Notes: a model not told the origin generated them from the letters alone. DNA of 64,000 nucleotides from Eubacteriales bacterium (GCA_045543655.1 JAZPXN010000060.1:5061-69060); one strand, 5' to 3'. Positions 46,025 to 54,882 are shown, counted from the first letter of the stretch. Numbers and translations are program-made.

Positions 46025-46913
46025 AGCTTTCCCCCCAGCGTTCGTTGGGTTTGTAATGGAAGAGATCCTTGGGAAGCATGGAGTACCGCCCTTCCTTCAC
46101 TGCGGTAAGGCCGGCCCATGCAGGGTTATTCTCCACGTTCTGCCGCAAAAATTCGTCGGCGGCGGCCTGATCTCCCATCGCAAGGGCGACGATATGATCC
46201 GGATCCTCCAGAAGGATCTTCTCCACGCTCAGATCCTCCAGCAGGCCTTCGTTTTCGTCGGCAATATTCCGCAGACCGAATTCCTTCAGAATCTGCCCGG
46301 CCAGATTATCGTCGCGCTTCGCCTTCATGCCGGTGGAATAGACCCGGATGAGAAGAACGGTATCGGCCGATCCCGAGGGGATTCTGGCCAATACGGAGGA
46401 AATCTCCTCTTCTGCGGAAAGCACGTGGGCGCGGTAAAGATCTTCCCGTCCGGTGACGGCGCAGAATTGCCCCATCAGGGCTTTATAGTCCGAAAAGGTA
46501 TCCACACGGAAATAGCCGTAAGGGATCTTTACCGCCTTTAATGCGTCTTCCAGCTTTAGGTGGGCCGCAAGATCGGCGGAGAGAATGACGAAATCGGGGG
46601 CAAGGGAAAGCACGATCTCCAGATCGACGTTTTTCACCGACCCAACCACGGTTACGCCGCCAGCGGGAACGATCCCCTCCTCCACCGCATCGTCGGTCAC
46701 CCCTACGAGAGAACCCCCGGCCAAGACCCAGCAATCGGCAAAGGAGCCGTAGCAGGAAACCACCCGGGAATGGGGCGTAAGCGTGACGGTATTGCCCATA
46801 GCGTCGGTAACGGCAACGCCGTTGGGCGCCGCAGGGCTCTCCCCTCCCCCGGCGCAGGCGGCAAGGGAAAGGGACGTAATCAGACAAAAGAGCAGAGCAA
46901 AAAAGCGCTTCAC
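45981..46913 (-). CDS. Periplasmic-binding-protein (BtuF/FhuD class) lipoprotein
   Basis: Lipobox SLSLAAC and a class III SBP pattern. The GTG start lies 6 nt after AGAGG, just past the upstream stop. An alternative ATG lies at 46940. Confidence 0.7.
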   Translation of the reverse strand: MKRFFALLFCLITSLSLAACAGGGESPAAPNGVAVTDAMGNTVTLTPHSRVVSCYGSFADCWVLAGGSLVGVTDDAVEEGIVPAGGVTVVGSVKNVDLEIVLSLAPDFVILSADLAAHLKLEDALKAVKIPYGYFRVDTFSDYKALMGQFCAVTGREDLYRAHVLSAEEEISSVLARIPSGSADTVLLIRVYSTGMKAKRDDNLAGQILKEFGLRNIADENEGLLEDLSVEKILLEDPDHIVALAMGDQAAADEFLRQNVENNPAWAGLTAVKEGRYSMLPKDLFHYKPNERWGESYEYLAKIIYPEIFG

Positions 46914-46914
46914 G

Positions 46915-47682
46915 TCAAGCCTCTTTGATCTCGGCGGCAAGGATGGACTGCTTGCGGTTCAACAGATCGTCGGAAAACAGAGCCTCTTCCAGCCGATCCG
47001 CACCGATACGGTCGATGGCTTTGCCGAGACGCTCCTTGGCAAAAGCGTTTTCCCGGAACCAAAGGATGGTCTTTTCCAGAATGGGAAGAACCTCCTCTTC
47101 GGTCACAAGGCGGGACAGAGCTGTGCCCATCCGAGTGGTCTTCCCCCAGGTTCCACCTACGTAGATCTGATAAGCGGCTCCCTTCTGACCGGGGACGCGG
47201 CGGCCCTCCACGCCGAAATCGTTCAGGGAAGGCTTGATACAGCTGTTGGGGCATCCGCCTACGCCGATTTTAAACTTATGGGGCAGTTTGACGTCCTTCC
47301 AGCCGAGATAATACTCCTCGTGGATCTTCTTTGCCAAGGCCTGGGTATCGTAGCAGCCGAAAACGCAGGTAGTGCCCTTGCAGGCCGTCACGGGGCGGAC
47401 CTTGGGGCCGGTGCCGCCGAAAAGAAGGCCGTGCTCCGCCGCAAACGCCTCGGCAGCGGGGATGTTATCAAAGTGGATGCCGGGAACCTCAATGCACTGC
47501 CGGCTGGTGGGGATCATTTTGCCGTTGCCGTATTTTTCGGCCAGAGTGGCGATATCCCGCATATTTTCCGCCGTAAAAACGGTGCCGGGGGCAGGCATCC
47601 GGCCGGAGAAGCAATCGGTTCCCCGGTTGCGTAAAAATCCTCTTCCCTTCACGGAATTGATCTGTTCAGTAGTCAGAGCCAT
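46915..47682 (-). CDS. Nitrite/sulfite-reductase-like 4Fe-4S/siroheme-domain protein (small, stand-alone)
   Basis: VTACKGTTCVFGC ... GVGGCPNSCIKP is the cysteine pattern of the NiR/SiR ferredoxin-like half-domain. Confidence 0.55.
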   Translation of the reverse strand: MALTTEQINSVKGRGFLRNRGTDCFSGRMPAPGTVFTAENMRDIATLAEKYGNGKMIPTSRQCIEVPGIHFDNIPAAEAFAAEHGLLFGGTGPKVRPVTACKGTTCVFGCYDTQALAKKIHEEYYLGWKDVKLPHKFKIGVGGCPNSCIKPSLNDFGVEGRRVPGQKGAAYQIYVGGTWGKTTRMGTALSRLVTEEEVLPILEKTILWFRENAFAKERLGKAIDRIGADRLEEALFSDDLLNRKQSILAAEIKEA

Positions 47683-47719
47683 GGTGGTATCTCCTTTTTT
47701 ATCGAATGGTTTTTCTTAT

Positions 47720-47748
47720 ATTATAATACGATCCCCCTGACAAGTCAA
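47720..47748 (-). promoter_or_regulatory. Sigma-A-type promoter embedded in a hairpin
   Basis: On the minus strand: TTGACT, 17 nt, TATAAT. The -35 box sits in the loop of the stem acgatcccc / ggggatcgt. Confidence 0.55.
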
Positions 47749-47775
47749 GGGGATCGTTGATATTGTTCACAAAAG

Positions 47776-48102
47776 TTAGAATTTTTCCATCCGTCCCACG
47801 TCCATCACGAAAACCGTAGCTCCGCCCACGGTGACCTCCTCGGGCAGGCTGTTGCTCTTCATGCCGGCGCCAAAGGAGGAGGTGTGAGAATTGACGTGCC
47901 TGCGGGTAGTACAATGCTCCTTCAGAATCCCCACAGCCTCGTCGGTCCGGTCGTCCTCCGTACCGATCAAAAGGGTAGTATTCCCCACCATCAGAAAACC
48001 GCCGGTGGTGGAAAGGCGGGTGACGAAAAATCCTGCGTCGGTCAGGGCGGCGGACGCCACGGCGCTGTCGTCGTTGTTGACAATGGCAAGAATCAGTTTC
48101 AT
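47776..48102 (-). CDS. darA: PII-like cyclic-di-AMP receptor DarA (PstA/YaaQ family)
   Basis: Collinear with B. subtilis YaaQ (MKLI.A.V...DS, VT.L.TTGGFL..GNTT..IG.ED, VGGATVFV). Confidence 0.8.
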   Translation of the reverse strand: MKLILAIVNNDDSAVASAALTDAGFFVTRLSTTGGFLMVGNTTLLIGTEDDRTDEAVGILKEHCTTRRHVNSHTSSFGAGMKSNSLPEEVTVGGATVFVMDVGRMEKF

Positions 48103-48121
48103 AACAATGCTCTCCTTCCGA

Positions 48122-48610
48122 TTATAAGAACGAATCGATCATAGCCCGGCTTTTCCGATCCAGCCGGTTCAGGTCGGGGATTTCGTAGCGGTTGTCGTTG
48201 CTGTCCCGGAGAAGCACCCGGGATCCGTAGAGCAGCTTCAGCCCGTGGAGGATATTGCGGATCTCAATGACGGCATTTCCCCGGTCGGTCTCCGCCTTGA
48301 TGGTGAGAAGCCCGAAGGATTCTTTACATTCATGGATCTTCACGATACGGGGAATGAGATAATACTCGTCGAGACACTCCTCGATAATTCTCCGTTCCTC
48401 GGGCGGCAGCGTGCGCAGATCCCGGATCACGGCCACCTCCCGCCCTTCCTGATCCAACAGAGTGATATATTTTTCAAGACCGGTCATGGGGAACAGGCGC
48501 CGGGGCTCCAGGTTTTCGAATTTGCGCCCGTCGTACAGCTCCAGATCCACGATGGTGATCTCCTTCCGGGTGAAGCGGGCGACGTCGTTTTCAATATAAA
48601 TCCGTTCCAT
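48122..48610 (-). CDS. DUF1854-like small protein, coupled to the upstream ABC exporter
   Basis: 162 aa. Its ATG shares one base with the ABC stop codon (TGATG). The family call is from memory of the DUF1854/ABC pairing. Confidence 0.45.
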   Translation of the reverse strand: MERIYIENDVARFTRKEITIVDLELYDGRKFENLEPRRLFPMTGLEKYITLLDQEGREVAVIRDLRTLPPEERRIIEECLDEYYLIPRIVKIHECKESFGLLTIKAETDRGNAVIEIRNILHGLKLLYGSRVLLRDSNDNRYEIPDLNRLDRKSRAMIDSFL

Positions 48611-50979
48611 CAGTCAAACCTCTCTTCTTCCTTGGATTTGCGGATCTGATCGGACATGGTCTGGATCTGCACCAGCTTATAATATTTCCCCTTCAGGGCC
48701 ATCAATTCCTCCGGCGTGCCCATCTCCAGGATCTCGCCCTTATCCACGACGATGATCTTATTGGCCTTCCGCAGGGTGGAAAGACGATGGGCGATCATAA
48801 GGGTAGTGCGCCCCCGGATGAGGTTGTCAATGGCGTCCTGAATGAGACTTTCGGTTTCGGAGTCCACGGAGGCGGTTGCCTCGTCAAGGAAGAGAATGCT
48901 GGGATTGCGAAGCACCGCCCGGGCAATGGACAGCCGCTGTCGCTCCCCGCCGGAAAGCCCCGTGCCCCGCTCGCCGAGCAGGGTATCGTATCCGTCGGGC
49001 AGGCGGGCGATAAAGCCGTGGGCGTTGGCCACGTCGGCGGCGTGAATGACCTGCTCCACGTGGACCCGGTCACAGCCGTAGGCGATGTTGTTATAAATGG
49101 AATCGTGGAACATCATGGGCTCCTGCTGAACGTAGCCGATCTCGGAGCGGTAGAACTCCAGATCGATATCCTTGATATTGATCCCGTCCATAAGGATCTC
49201 GCCGTCGTAATGATCGTAATACCGCATCAGCAGATTGATCAGCGTGGATTTTCCCGCCCCGGTCGTGCCGACGATGCCCACGATATCCCCCGGCTCGATG
49301 GTGAGATTCACGTTGGACAATGTCTTTTTGGAGCGGTCGAAGGAAAAGCTGACGTTTTTGAATTCGATCTTCCCCTTCAGATGCCTGGGGTGTTGCCCCT
49401 TGGCAAAATCCGCCTCCGGCTCTGCATCCAGAATATCCAGAAGGCGCTCGGCAGAGTTCAGGGCGTTCTGATAAGAATCGTTCAGATTGGCGAAAAAATT
49501 CACCGGCCCGTAAAACATGGACGTATAGGAAATAAAGGACACCAGAAGACCGGGAGACAAAAACCCGGGATCGTCAATGGTAAGATTGCCGCCTACGCCC
49601 CAGATCAGCAGGGATCCGCAGGAGATGACGAAGCTGACGATATTGGGAAAGAGCGTCGTTATCCGGGAGGCGGAAATATCGGTCTTCAACCATTCCCCGT
49701 TATAGGTGCAGAAGGTATCCACGCTCTTTTTCTCGTTGGTAAAGGCCTTGATGACCCGCACTCCGGGAATGGTATCGGTAAGGATAGACGATACCGCAGA
49801 CCATCGCCGCCAGATCCGCCGATAGAAGGGCGCGATCTTCTTCCCGAAAATCCGAGCGCCCACCACGACGAAGGGCACGGGGATCAGAGACAAAAGAGTC
49901 AGCTGCCAGTTCAGGACGAACATGATCACGATAATGCCGATCAGAAGGAAAAACTGCACCACCACCTCTTGGGTGATCCGGAGCATAAAGGCCTGAATGG
50001 TGGAGGTATCCCCGCTGATCCGGTTGATGACGGATCCGGTGGAGGTGCGGTCGTAGAACCGCATAGGCAAATGCTGCGCTTTGCGGTAGACGTCGTTGCG
50101 AAGCTCCGCCACGATCTTATCCCCGCTGACCCGCAGAAGATACGAGCGGACGGCGCCGATCCCGTACTGCACCAGATACGTCCCCAGCAGCACCGCGACG
50201 CAGACGAGAAGCATATCCTTCTTCCCCTTGGGCAGAACGTCGTCCACCAGGGTTTTGGTCATATACGGCGGGACCAGGGAAACGGCGGTGGTGATCACCG
50301 AAAGAAACAGACAAAAGAGAAGCATAAACCTCTCCGGCCAGATATACGCCGTCAGCTTTTTGACGATCTGACCCTTGGACTGGCAATTCAAGCAAGGCGC
50401 GCCGGGACGGATCAGCGTCCGCCCGCACTTGGGACAAACGCTGAACTGCTTTTCGAAGGCCGCCTGAACGAATACAATCTCGTCCTCCGGGTCTTTGCCG
50501 GCGGCAACGTTCTCAATATAACGGGCCGCCGCATCGTAGAGGGACGCGGTTTTATAGGAAAAACGGATAAAATTCTCGTATTTCCGGGAAAGATCCACGA
50601 AGTCCTTCTTCCCGTCGTCCTCGGAAAATACCAGCATGGCGTTGCCGTAATACCGCTTGACGTAGGCGCGGCGGATTCCTTCGAAGCCCCGGCATTTTAC
50701 CCCTTTTTCAAAGGCGGCGTCAAAGCCGTAGATCTTTCGGTCGGTCACCGCAAGAAAGGACGTGGCGTATTTACTCTTGATATTCAGATCTCCGACGATG
50801 ACGAACCGCACCGTCTCTTCGACGGGTACGGCTCCGTCCAGCAGGGCCAATTCCCCTTCGGACAGATGCTTATTCGTCAAAAGCGGTCGGTTCCGGAAGG
50901 TGACGTTGACAACCCCTCCCGGGCCGGCACCCGGAGGCTCCGGATCTGCGTTAAGATTACGATTCTTCTTCGTTCCCAT
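48610..50979 (-). CDS. ABC exporter (permease/ATPase) with a ~250-aa N-terminal cytoplasmic extension containing a zinc ribbon
   Basis: CPKCGRTLIRPGAPCLNCQSKG precedes six TM helices and an NBD (GTTGAGKST, LSGGERQRLSIARAV, LFLDEATASVD). The ATG lies 9 nt after AAGGAG. Confidence 0.8.
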   Translation of the reverse strand: MGTKKNRNLNADPEPPGAGPGGVVNVTFRNRPLLTNKHLSEGELALLDGAVPVEETVRFVIVGDLNIKSKYATSFLAVTDRKIYGFDAAFEKGVKCRGFEGIRRAYVKRYYGNAMLVFSEDDGKKDFVDLSRKYENFIRFSYKTASLYDAAARYIENVAAGKDPEDEIVFVQAAFEKQFSVCPKCGRTLIRPGAPCLNCQSKGQIVKKLTAYIWPERFMLLFCLFLSVITTAVSLVPPYMTKTLVDDVLPKGKKDMLLVCVAVLLGTYLVQYGIGAVRSYLLRVSGDKIVAELRNDVYRKAQHLPMRFYDRTSTGSVINRISGDTSTIQAFMLRITQEVVVQFFLLIGIIVIMFVLNWQLTLLSLIPVPFVVVGARIFGKKIAPFYRRIWRRWSAVSSILTDTIPGVRVIKAFTNEKKSVDTFCTYNGEWLKTDISASRITTLFPNIVSFVISCGSLLIWGVGGNLTIDDPGFLSPGLLVSFISYTSMFYGPVNFFANLNDSYQNALNSAERLLDILDAEPEADFAKGQHPRHLKGKIEFKNVSFSFDRSKKTLSNVNLTIEPGDIVGIVGTTGAGKSTLINLLMRYYDHYDGEILMDGINIKDIDLEFYRSEIGYVQQEPMMFHDSIYNNIAYGCDRVHVEQVIHAADVANAHGFIARLPDGYDTLLGERGTGLSGGERQRLSIARAVLRNPSILFLDEATASVDSETESLIQDAIDNLIRGRTTLMIAHRLSTLRKANKIIVVDKGEILEMGTPEELMALKGKYYKLVQIQTMSDQIRKSKEEERFD

Positions 50980-51119
50980 TTCGGATTTCTCCTTTTTTGC
51001 TGAAAATTGGTGTTCGGAAAAGGTACGATCGGGGCGCGCACGGAATCCGGTGTTGGCAGTACGCCTCACCGCGGTCCCCGGACCTCCCGCCGGGAAACCG
51101 GAATCTTTCGGTTGCCTGC

Positions 51120-51148
51120 AGTATAGCATAATTTTTTCAGAATTTCAA
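51120..51148 (-). promoter_or_regulatory. Sigma-A-type promoter of the ABC-DUF1854-darA operon
   Basis: On the minus strand: TTGAAA, 17 nt, TATACT. This leaves a GC-rich leader of about 135 nt. Confidence 0.5.
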
Positions 51149-51216
51149 CCCCTTTTTCAAAAAAATATTTGAACAATTTTTGACGGAATTTTTTGCGCAA
51201 AAACCTTGATCTTAAC

Positions 51217-51252
51217 GAAAAAATCCCGCAAAAGCATCGTGCTTTCGCGGGA
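51217..51252 (-). terminator. Intrinsic terminator after the PHP genes
   Basis: 13-bp stem with one mismatch (tcccgcaaaagca / tgctttcgcggga), followed on the minus strand by TTTTTT. Confidence 0.7.
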
Positions 51253-51272
51253 TCTCTACAATAAGAAAAAGC

Positions 51273-52067
51273 TTATATGAAGGGACGGAATTTATCTTCC
51301 TCCGTAAGGCCGAGAACGTCGATCATCCGCCGGAATTTCTCCATCGCCCCGGCGAGGGCCTTCCCGGTGTGGGCGTCGGAGCCGAGATAGAATTTGCATC
51401 CGCATTCCTTGGCAATATGATAGAGCCGGTAGGCCGATTGCTCCTGCTCCGGCGTGTAGCGAGTGGCGTCGAAATTCAGCTCCACGCCGAAGCGCCGCTC
51501 TGCCGCCCGGGTGAAAAGATGGATCATCACCGAATCGGGAATCATATCCAAAACCCGCAGATGACCGTCCGGGGTTGCGCTGGCAATCAGCGGCGTGGTG
51601 GGGTGAGCAAAGCCGACCTTTCCGTCGGGCAGAGACGAATTAAGAGCCACGTTCATCCGCTGAACGTAGATCACCGCCCGGTGCTCGAGGGAGGTGGATT
51701 TTGGGACGTTGGATTCAATATGCAGGTGAGAAACCGCCACGTTAATGAAATCCATTCCTTCCGCCGCCTCGTCGGAAAGACCGAGGACGAGATTCCGATC
51801 GATATCCGCCTCACAGCCGAAATGAAAGCGGACCTCGTCCGATTGGGGCAGGGGCAAGGCCGAACGGATATGGGGAATATTCTGGGGCCGATACCAAGGA
51901 CCTGCAGGGGCAACGGTATCGTCCCATACGTGGTTGGTCAGACAGATATCCTTCAGCCCGTTTTCCTCCCCGTAGCGCAGAATCGCCTCCGGAAGCTGCG
52001 CCGGATCGCTACAGCAGGAAGAGAGGGTGGAATGAAGATGAAAATCGTGGTCAATTACAAATTTCAT
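51273..52067 (-). CDS. PHP-domain metal-dependent phosphoesterase, copy 1
   Basis: MKFVIDHDFHLHS...(HxH), NVAVSHLH, FAHP, and a C-terminal GSDAH. Confidence 0.65.
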   Translation of the reverse strand: MKFVIDHDFHLHSTLSSCCSDPAQLPEAILRYGEENGLKDICLTNHVWDDTVAPAGPWYRPQNIPHIRSALPLPQSDEVRFHFGCEADIDRNLVLGLSDEAAEGMDFINVAVSHLHIESNVPKSTSLEHRAVIYVQRMNVALNSSLPDGKVGFAHPTTPLIASATPDGHLRVLDMIPDSVMIHLFTRAAERRFGVELNFDATRYTPEQEQSAYRLYHIAKECGCKFYLGSDAHTGKALAGAMEKFRRMIDVLGLTEEDKFRPFI

Positions 52068-52075
52068 AAGTCACC

Positions 52076-52885
52076 TCAGCCGAACGGATTATATTTTTCG
52101 GATTCCTTCATATCGAGAGCGGAGATCATCAATTCGAAATTCTCCATGGCGCGGGAGCACTCTGCGGTGGTGTGGGCGTCGGAGCCGAGATAGAATTTGC
52201 ACCCGCATTCCTTCGCGATGAAAAAGGGGCGAAGAACGGTCTGCAACGATTCCGGCGTGTATTTTTTCATTTCGATATTCAGTTCTACGCCGTAATTTTT
52301 CTCCCGCATGCGGCGAAACTGATGATAAAACACGCTGTCGGGGATCATGTCCAGCACCCGCAGATGGTCTTCCCAGGAACCGGGCGCCAAAAGAGAGCAA
52401 ACCATATGAGCAAGGCCGGTCTTCCCCGCCGGCAGCCCGGAGTCAAGGAAGGCGTCGATGCGGTGAGTATACAGAACCGCCCGCTCTTCCAGAGTGGCAT
52501 CGGGGTGGATGGTCAGCCTCGGCATATGAAGATGGGTGGTTGGAATGACGATAAAATCCATCTTTTCCACAATCTCCGGCGAGATGCCGATCTGAAAGGA
52601 AAAGTCCATCTCCCCTTCGCATCCGAAATGAAATTTCGTCTTCTCCGATTGAGGCAGGGGAAGGGCAGAAGAAAGGCAGGCGTAATCGTTATTCCGGTAG
52701 GTTCCGCTGAGGTAATCCCCCGCCGGGCGCACCGCCGCATCCCAGAAATGGTCGGTCAGACAAATATTCCGAAGGCCGTTATCCTCCGCCCATCTCAACA
52801 TATTTTCCGGCGTCTGCAGAGGATCGTTCGCACAGGGGGAAAGATTGGAGTGCAGATGATAATCGTGGTCAATAACGAATTTCAT
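52076..52885 (-). CDS. PHP-domain metal-dependent phosphoesterase, copy 2 (tandem paralog)
   Basis: MKFVIDHDYHLHS..., LAHM and ECGCKFYLGSDAH are collinear with copy 1. Confidence 0.65.
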   Translation of the reverse strand: MKFVIDHDYHLHSNLSPCANDPLQTPENMLRWAEDNGLRNICLTDHFWDAAVRPAGDYLSGTYRNNDYACLSSALPLPQSEKTKFHFGCEGEMDFSFQIGISPEIVEKMDFIVIPTTHLHMPRLTIHPDATLEERAVLYTHRIDAFLDSGLPAGKTGLAHMVCSLLAPGSWEDHLRVLDMIPDSVFYHQFRRMREKNYGVELNIEMKKYTPESLQTVLRPFFIAKECGCKFYLGSDAHTTAECSRAMENFELMISALDMKESEKYNPFG

Positions 52886-53853
52886 AAAGACTCCCCTTTT
52901 TCGGAATGTATTGGCAAAAGGTCGATCCCCTCACCGGTATATTTCATCTCATAAGGGCCGAGAAGTCCGTCGTTTCCGGAAAAGAAACAACCCAACTCCC
53001 GTCCGCCGGAAGAGACAACCCGCTTAAAAATATAGTATTTCCGATCGGTATTGACGGTCAGCTTGGACCGGTCCATTGGCCGGAAGGGCCCTTGAAAGGA
53101 ATCCGCGCAATAAACGAAATTACTGTACCAAACCGTGGCAAAATCGTCCTTGGAATCGGGATCCACCACGCAGGCACCGAAATACAGATACCATTTCCCG
53201 TCCTTTTCCCAGACCTGACTCGTCTCACCCCGATCAATGCCGGGAGTGCACATCGCCAGCCGGTAAGGCTCCCAATGAAGACAGTCCGAGGAGCGAAACA
53301 TGGCCTGACAAGCCCGGTTGTTTTTGGTCTGATCCAACGCGAAGGAATTCACGTAACAATAGTAATATCCGTCGATAGGCTCGGGATAAATATAGGGGTC
53401 TGCGAGGATCCGAACGGGATGCGTACTCCCCTCGTATTCCAGCTCGTAAATACGTTGGGAATCAATCACCGGACCGTCGCCAATTTTTTTCCAGCAGCTC
53501 AGATCGTCGCTGACCGCCAAGGCAAGCCCTTTCTTCGACCCGTGAGCGGTATAAAGCATATAAAATCGGCCCTTATGCCGCACGACACTGCCCGTCGCCA
53601 GATTCCCGTCAGGAAAGCCACCTTCCACCCGGCCCCGGAGCACCGTGCCGCAATATTCCCATTCCTTCAGATCCCGGGAAACGCCGTGGCCGATACGCTG
53701 ATCGAAGCTGCCATCTTCCAGGGGATGGAATTCCAAAAAATAGGAGTGATAAACACCCCGGTCTTCGGCAAACCAATAATCGCAGGTACGCAGATCTCCC
53801 GGTCGATAGAACCAGAATTCTCCGCCCCGATCCGGTCCGGAATAATAAGTCAT
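52882..53853 (-). CDS. Five-bladed beta-propeller glycoside hydrolase-like protein (GH32/GH43-like, cytoplasmic)
   Basis: Propeller-type repeats with CDYWFAEDRG, an ADPYIY motif (RDP-like) and ETSQVW (EC-like). The assignment is tentative. Confidence 0.45.
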   Translation of the reverse strand: MTYYSGPDRGGEFWFYRPGDLRTCDYWFAEDRGVYHSYFLEFHPLEDGSFDQRIGHGVSRDLKEWEYCGTVLRGRVEGGFPDGNLATGSVVRHKGRFYMLYTAHGSKKGLALAVSDDLSCWKKIGDGPVIDSQRIYELEYEGSTHPVRILADPYIYPEPIDGYYYCYVNSFALDQTKNNRACQAMFRSSDCLHWEPYRLAMCTPGIDRGETSQVWEKDGKWYLYFGACVVDPDSKDDFATVWYSNFVYCADSFQGPFRPMDRSKLTVNTDRKYYIFKRVVSSGGRELGCFFSGNDGLLGPYEMKYTGEGIDLLPIHSEKGESL

Positions 53854-53869
53854 AATGCTCCTCCAAGAA

Positions 53870-54550
53870 CTATTTCAACAACATAAATCCAATGGCGTTG
53901 ATGGCAAAATTGGCAAACATATGAACGATCCACGAGACGAACAGGGTGCCGCCCTTTTCATTCAAAAGATTAAAGATCACCCCGCCCGCCGCAAGGCCGA
54001 CCATGACGAGTAGGAACAGAGGAAGAGAGAACCATCCGATCATCATCGCCGCATGATAGAGAGAAAAAAGCAGAGCGCTGACGGCGTGGGCGAAGATACG
54101 GTTCGTGGAATTTTTCAGATTGGAAAACACGAAGCCCCGAAAGAAAAATTCCTCCAGAAGAGAGTTGATAAAAGAAATATAAATTGCAACAAAAATAAAA
54201 TTATCTCCGTTCACTCCCGTGGAGGCGGTGAGGGAGGTTGCGATGTTGGAAAAATCGAAATAGGGGGACAGCAAAAAATATCCGCCTAAGATCACGGCAA
54301 AGACGGCGGCGCCCAGTCCCAGGGCAAGAAGCAACCCTTTCCGGTTGACCCGAAAGAGAGATCGGCAGGCGATTTCCCGGTTCCACAACGAACAGAGAAA
54401 GGGCATGAGAAGAAACAGCCCGATTTTTACGGCGGATTTCAGGGCGTAGCCCGGCATCCATACGCCGTCCACCCAAGCCATCACGCCGCAACACAGCACC
54501 GCGGCCAAAAGAACCGAAATAAACACCTTTTTGCGATTCGAAACCGGCAT
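53870..54550 (-). CDS. CPBP-family intramembrane glutamic endopeptidase (CAAX protease/Abi)
   Basis: Motifs EEFFFRG, FSLYHA and HMFANF in a multi-TM protein. Confidence 0.8.
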   Translation of the reverse strand: MPVSNRKKVFISVLLAAVLCCGVMAWVDGVWMPGYALKSAVKIGLFLLMPFLCSLWNREIACRSLFRVNRKGLLLALGLGAAVFAVILGGYFLLSPYFDFSNIATSLTASTGVNGDNFIFVAIYISFINSLLEEFFFRGFVFSNLKNSTNRIFAHAVSALLFSLYHAAMMIGWFSLPLFLLVMVGLAAGGVIFNLLNEKGGTLFVSWIVHMFANFAINAIGFMLLK

Positions 54551-54576
54551 ATAACAAACCTCCTTCTTTTTTCTCT

Positions 54577-54605
54577 ATTATAGCATAAAATCCCGGAAAT
54601 AGCAA
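54577..54605 (-). promoter_or_regulatory. Sigma-A-type promoter of the CPBP operon
   Basis: On the minus strand: TTGCTA, 17 nt, TATAAT with an extended TGc. It overlaps the 9-bp inverted repeat tcccggaaa / tttccggga. Confidence 0.55.
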
Positions 54606-54635
54606 GACTTTCCGGGAAAATTTGTATATGAAATT

Positions 54636-54652
54636 TTTCGCAGAGGTATGAA
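54636..54652. repeat. Left arm of a perfect 17-bp inverted repeat (candidate inverton IR-L)
   Basis: tttcgcagaggtatgaa is the exact reverse complement of 54925-54941. Confidence 0.9.
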
Positions 54653-54882
54653 ATCCGTGAAAAACGCCGCAACCCCAACGCCCCATTCCCCCACCGACGG
54701 CGGATTTTGACGGCGATGACACGGCGTCGGCTGCCGGAACGGGCGGAGAATTCCGGAAAATTCCGACGGCAACCGGGACGGCACAAAGAGACAATGCGAC
54801 AAAAATAACGCCGCATAATAATAAATAGGTAGCCAAAAATCCAAATTTTTTGTAAATTATATCATTTCAAAGAGAAAAATTG

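Noticed and set aside
50980-51129. An N-terminal 50-aa extension of the ABC exporter ORF (MLYCRQPKDSGFPAGGPG…)
   Set aside because: The upstream ATG lies within the predicted -10 box and has no RBS. The peptide is low-complexity Arg/Pro/Gly. The ATG at 50979 has an AAGGAG RBS at ideal spacing. I treat the region as a 5' leader instead.
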